Of a stretch of DNA of 28,632 bases, positions 26,291 through 28,632 are shown one piece after another. The stretch lies in IMG/VR virus record IMGVR_UViG_3300006118_000033, positions 1-28,632 of that record. The stretch is one strand, 5' to 3'. Every line of letters starts with the position of its first letter. The stretch's first letter is position 1. Source of the DNA: a virus (lineage: Duplodnaviria > Caudoviricetes). The notes under the pieces are model-generated. The model searched no databases. It was not told where the DNA came from and saw only the letters and a program-made list of their open reading frames with translations. The translations under genes were made by a program, and so were the position numbers.

Positions 26291-26479
26291 ATGAAACCAG
26301 AACAAGTAATCTACGCACAACGCTCAGATGGCAGCATTATACCAGTAGATCCCGCACACAGCTATCTAGAAGATTGGGCTAATCATTATGATCTCAAGCT
26401 CTATCGCTTTGATAAGCAGAGTCTCGATCATACCCTATTCTTGCTCAAGTATAGGGACCAAATAGAAAGATTCGGCTAA
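26291..26479 (+). CDS. Small protein, paralog 1 of HT(L/F)FLL family
   Basis: SLDHTLFLLKYRDQI motif; the promoter places the start at ATG 26291. Confidence 0.75.
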   Translation: MKPEQVIYAQRSDGSIIPVDPAHSYLEDWANHYDLKLYRFDKQSLDHTLFLLKYRDQIERFG

Positions 26480-26661
26480 TGGCAGCTATACGTTATTTGG
26501 AAAACCCCTATACTGGACGCTATATACGGTTACTCGTCGATGACGGAGATTGGCTTTGGGAACGAGGGCTAGCTGGGTGCCATTTACATGTCTACGAAGA
26601 AAATTCAGCTGAACATACTTTTTTCTTACTGAAAAACAGTGATCGTATAGTAGAAGAATGA
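26479..26661 (+). CDS. Small protein, paralog 2 of HT(L/F)FLL family
   Basis: IRYLE...TG, NSAEHTFFLLKNSDRI; TAATG coupling to the upstream gene. Confidence 0.75.
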   Translation: MAAIRYLENPYTGRYIRLLVDDGDWLWERGLAGCHLHVYEENSAEHTFFLLKNSDRIVEE

Positions 26662-26894
26662 CTAGAGTACGCTATCTAGAAGATGTTAAAACGGGCTTGA
26701 TTACCCGTGTAAAGCATAATGAAATAGATCTCAAATGGATCAAACACTCTAAAACACTGACAGTTCATGAATTTGACGTAAACAGTGCAGAGCATACCTT
26801 GTTTCTACTGCGCTACAGTGATCAATTGGGCACCAACGTATCAGAGATGCTGGAAAGAGTTATAATTACAGAATTGGATCCAAAATTACCCTGA
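26658..26894 (+). CDS. Small protein, paralog 3 of HT(L/F)FLL family
   Basis: VRYLE...TG, NSAEHTLFLLRYSDQL; ATGA coupling. Confidence 0.75.
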   Translation: MTRVRYLEDVKTGLITRVKHNEIDLKWIKHSKTLTVHEFDVNSAEHTLFLLRYSDQLGTNVSEMLERVIITELDPKLP

Positions 26895-27578
26895 ACCCAC
26901 CACAGGGTCCGTAATGACCATTTGAGCTCCTACACTGGTGTATCTGATCATGAAATTACCACCATGTAGATCAAGACCTTGATTCAGCTTAGTGATTAAC
27001 TGACAGGCCTGTATGAGTTTACGATCACGTATATTAGTATAATCACCCTGTTTAGCTGCTGCAGCGATTGATTTTATCATAATAGACCAAATGCCATACT
27101 CTCCACGAACTTTAGGAAAATCAGGTGGATCAACAAATATACGATTGACAAAGCTATTGAATGTGTCAGGATGTATGTGTGCTACAGCAGCATAGGCATC
27201 ATGAAGTCTTTCCATAGTGTAGACAAAGCGTGTGCCTTCAGGCTTCTTAAAGCTGTCAGCTACATAGATTCTAGGTAGATAATGATTGCTGCTCATTAAA
27301 GGCTGTATAGCACGCACATACTGATAATAGGCATTGTTCTTGGGATCGGTAAACTTTCGCTCAACTTTGACTACTAGTGCAGGATCCTGTGAGTGATCAA
27401 ATACCACAGATTCTAAACCATGCCCTATAGACTGCCCTATAGGCAACCCACCTATCCAACGCTTTTCCGCAGTATCAGTAGATCTAAATAGTTTCTGCAA
27501 GAAAGTGGGCTTGACAGTGGCAGGCTGCTGTGTCTGTATGAGATCACGATCTTCTAAGGCAAATTCTCTGTAGCGCAT
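26886..27578 (-). CDS. Protein kinase-like fold enzyme
   Basis: Gly loop IGHGLESVVF, LVVKVE, hinge YTMERL, catalytic LDLHGGNFMI, VITDPV; minus-strand TAAATA (27589-27594) supports start 27578. Confidence 0.8.
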   Translation of the reverse strand: MRYREFALEDRDLIQTQQPATVKPTFLQKLFRSTDTAEKRWIGGLPIGQSIGHGLESVVFDHSQDPALVVKVERKFTDPKNNAYYQYVRAIQPLMSSNHYLPRIYVADSFKKPEGTRFVYTMERLHDAYAAVAHIHPDTFNSFVNRIFVDPPDFPKVRGEYGIWSIMIKSIAAAAKQGDYTNIRDRKLIQACQLITKLNQGLDLHGGNFMIRYTSVGAQMVITDPVVGSG

Positions 27579-27611
27579 AATAGTTGAGTATTTATTAGTA
27601 TGTTTGCCCAA

Positions 27612-27684
27612 GGTCTATGTGCACCCTAAAAATCTGCGCTGCAAAAAATAAAAGGTCTGGAGATCTCGGCCCCTGGTGATTTTT
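27612..27684 (+). repeat. 73-bp imperfect direct repeat, copy B
   Basis: Homologous to 26202-26274; the -35 box has decayed to TCGGCC and no -10 follows. Confidence 0.8.
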
Positions 27685-27701
27685 ATCCCCCATGGTGAGG
27701 A

Positions 27702-27759
27702 TTTTTGAGAACTTTTTGAGAACTTTTTGAGAACTTTTTGAGAACTTTTTGAGAACTTT
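27702..27759. repeat. Tandem repeat (TTTTTGAGAAC) x5
   Basis: Five perfect 11-bp units at 27702-27756 plus TTT. Confidence 0.95.
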
Positions 27760-27851
27760 GGGGGATTTTCGCTGTGCCAAAAATTTTAAAAAGCAACAAC
27801 TATTTTTGTATGCCTCTCCCAGCCTAAGCCAAAAGAGTTCTGCAGTGCACC

Positions 27852-27873
27852 GGTGGGGTGCTATAGCCCCACC
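27852..27873. other. GC-rich inverted repeat
   Basis: GGTGGGG-8 nt-CCCCACC, with palindrome GCTATAGC overlapping the loop. Confidence 0.5.
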
Positions 27874-27946
27874 AGGCATGTGCGAACTACGTAGACACAG
27901 CAGTTGACAGGCCTAACGCTGTATGCTAGTGACTGTACAACATTAC

Positions 27947-27995
27947 AAAAACTTAATAAAAAAACGCTTGCACTACTAGCGTAGTGTGTTAGCAT
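27947..27995 (+). promoter_or_regulatory. Probable strong early sigma70 promoter (UP element, TTGCAC, extended -10 TGTTAGCAT)
   Basis: A-tract 27947-27964, -35 box 27968-27973, 16-nt spacer, TGnTAGCAT 27987-27995. Confidence 0.5.
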
Positions 27996-28040
27996 TAGCA
28001 ACGTAGCAATACTGCTACATAACACACAGCACACAACACT

Positions 28041-28391
28041 ATGCAAACGCAACAACAAACAGCAGCAACGCAACAAGCAGCAACGCAAACAAAGCGCAAG
28101 TATACCAAGCGCAAGCAGTTGCGTTTAGTAACTAGCGCTGCTACTACTGCACAAGCGCAAGCAGCAGCAACCGCTACTAACAGCAACGCAGCAACGCGCA
28201 ACAGCGCATTGCACACACAGCGTATGCTTAACTTTGCTACAGCGCAAAACGCAACGCAAATTAACAAAGCATTGTATACTAGCAACGTGCGTTATTTGCA
28301 AGCCTGTATTGCACATAACACAGCAATGCAGCAGTTGCAAGCGCAAATTACTGCACACTTGCTTAAAGTAGCAGTGCACTTGCAGTACTAA
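28041..28391 (+). CDS. Basic Ala/Gln/Thr-rich hypothetical protein lacking D, E, G, P and W
   Basis: 116-aa ATG ORF between a promoter with CA-rich leader and a terminator; KRKYTKRK basic patch. Low complexity limits certainty. Confidence 0.55.
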   Translation: MQTQQQTAATQQAATQTKRKYTKRKQLRLVTSAATTAQAQAAATATNSNAATRNSALHTQRMLNFATAQNATQINKALYTSNVRYLQACIAHNTAMQQLQAQITAHLLKVAVHLQY

Positions 28392-28415
28392 GCAACAGCG
28401 CAGTTAAACATACAC

Positions 28416-28450
28416 AGCACACGCTACGCAAGTAGCGTGTGCTTTGTTTT
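28416..28450 (+). terminator. Rho-independent terminator with GNRA loop
   Basis: AGCACACGCTAC-GCAA-GTAGCGTGTGCT perfect 12-bp stem followed by TTGTTTT. Confidence 0.8.
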
Positions 28451-28492
28451 GCCTGTAGCAAACTGACTGTAACAAACAGCAGCCTAACTAAG

Positions 28493-28586
28493 CGCAGCGC
28501 CTAGTGGGAGTATACTAAGCAGTATAAACAGCTAGCGGACCTCTGCAGTATTTGGCGGGGTGCAAATCCCACTGGGCAAACGTGCG
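28493..28586 (+). ncRNA. Candidate structured, tRNA-sized RNA element
   Basis: GCCTAGTGGGA/TCCCACTGGGC 11-bp closing stem, internal TATACT-AAGC-AGTATA hairpin, T-loop-like GGTGCAAATCC; not a canonical cloverleaf. Confidence 0.3.
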
Positions 28587-28632
28587 AAGTTTTTATGTAT
28601 GTGCATATTAATCAGTAGATGTAATAACACTA

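Noticed and set aside
27702-27759. CRISPR array
   Set aside because: 11-bp units are directly adjacent with no spacers, and no cas genes are present.
27595-27879. 94-aa minus-strand ORF
   Set aside because: It translates the tandem repeat and repeat copy B, with no start signals or protein-like features.
27904-27932. sigma70 promoter at TTGACA 27904
   Set aside because: The hexamer at 17-nt spacing is TAGTGA, lacking the conserved final T; the downstream TTGCAC/TAGCAT candidate fits better.
27861-28379. Minus-strand Cys/Val/Leu-rich ORFs (27861-28088, 27995-28285, 28125-28379)
   Set aside because: By-products of the biased composition: with no TC on the plus strand there are no TGA stops on the minus strand. 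The promoter and terminator point the other way.
28499-28578. Canonical tRNA gene
   Set aside because: T-stem and anticodon arm cannot be built with standard geometry and there is no CCA; kept only as a low-confidence structured element.
1-28632. Stop-codon reassignment
   Set aside because: Standard-code ORFs tile the window densely with full-length conserved proteins.

Overview
A 28.6-kb segment of a large, AT-rich, T4-superfamily-like (probably jumbo) tailed phage in the standard genetic code. All family calls come from motif recognition only; no searches were run. Left part (1-16.8 kb): terminase large subunit, a probable head-associated protein, and a replication/recombination block (gp32-like SSB, UvsX, UvsY, UvsW, GT2 glycosyltransferase, gp62-like clamp-loader subunit, a ~193-aa minimal DnaE core, primase, DnaB/gp41 helicase, HAD nucleotidase). 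Middle part (17-26 kb): a late-promoter operon with a tandem double-AAA+ MoxR-like ATPase, a metallopeptidase/vWA partner split over three translationally coupled ORFs that seem joined by split SH3/KOW-like domains, and an LRR-like protein. FeoA and several proteins with T4 internal-protein-like N-termini follow. Right end (26.1-28.6 kb): a repeat-flanked cassette of three small paralogs plus a kinase-like gene, a phased 11-bp tandem repeat, then a promoter-ORF-terminator unit of about 530 nt with no GA, TC or GG dinucleotide. That unit may mark the genome end or the first-injected DNA. T4-type late promoters (TAAATA) and sigma70 promoters often sit so close to start codons that the mRNAs look leaderless.
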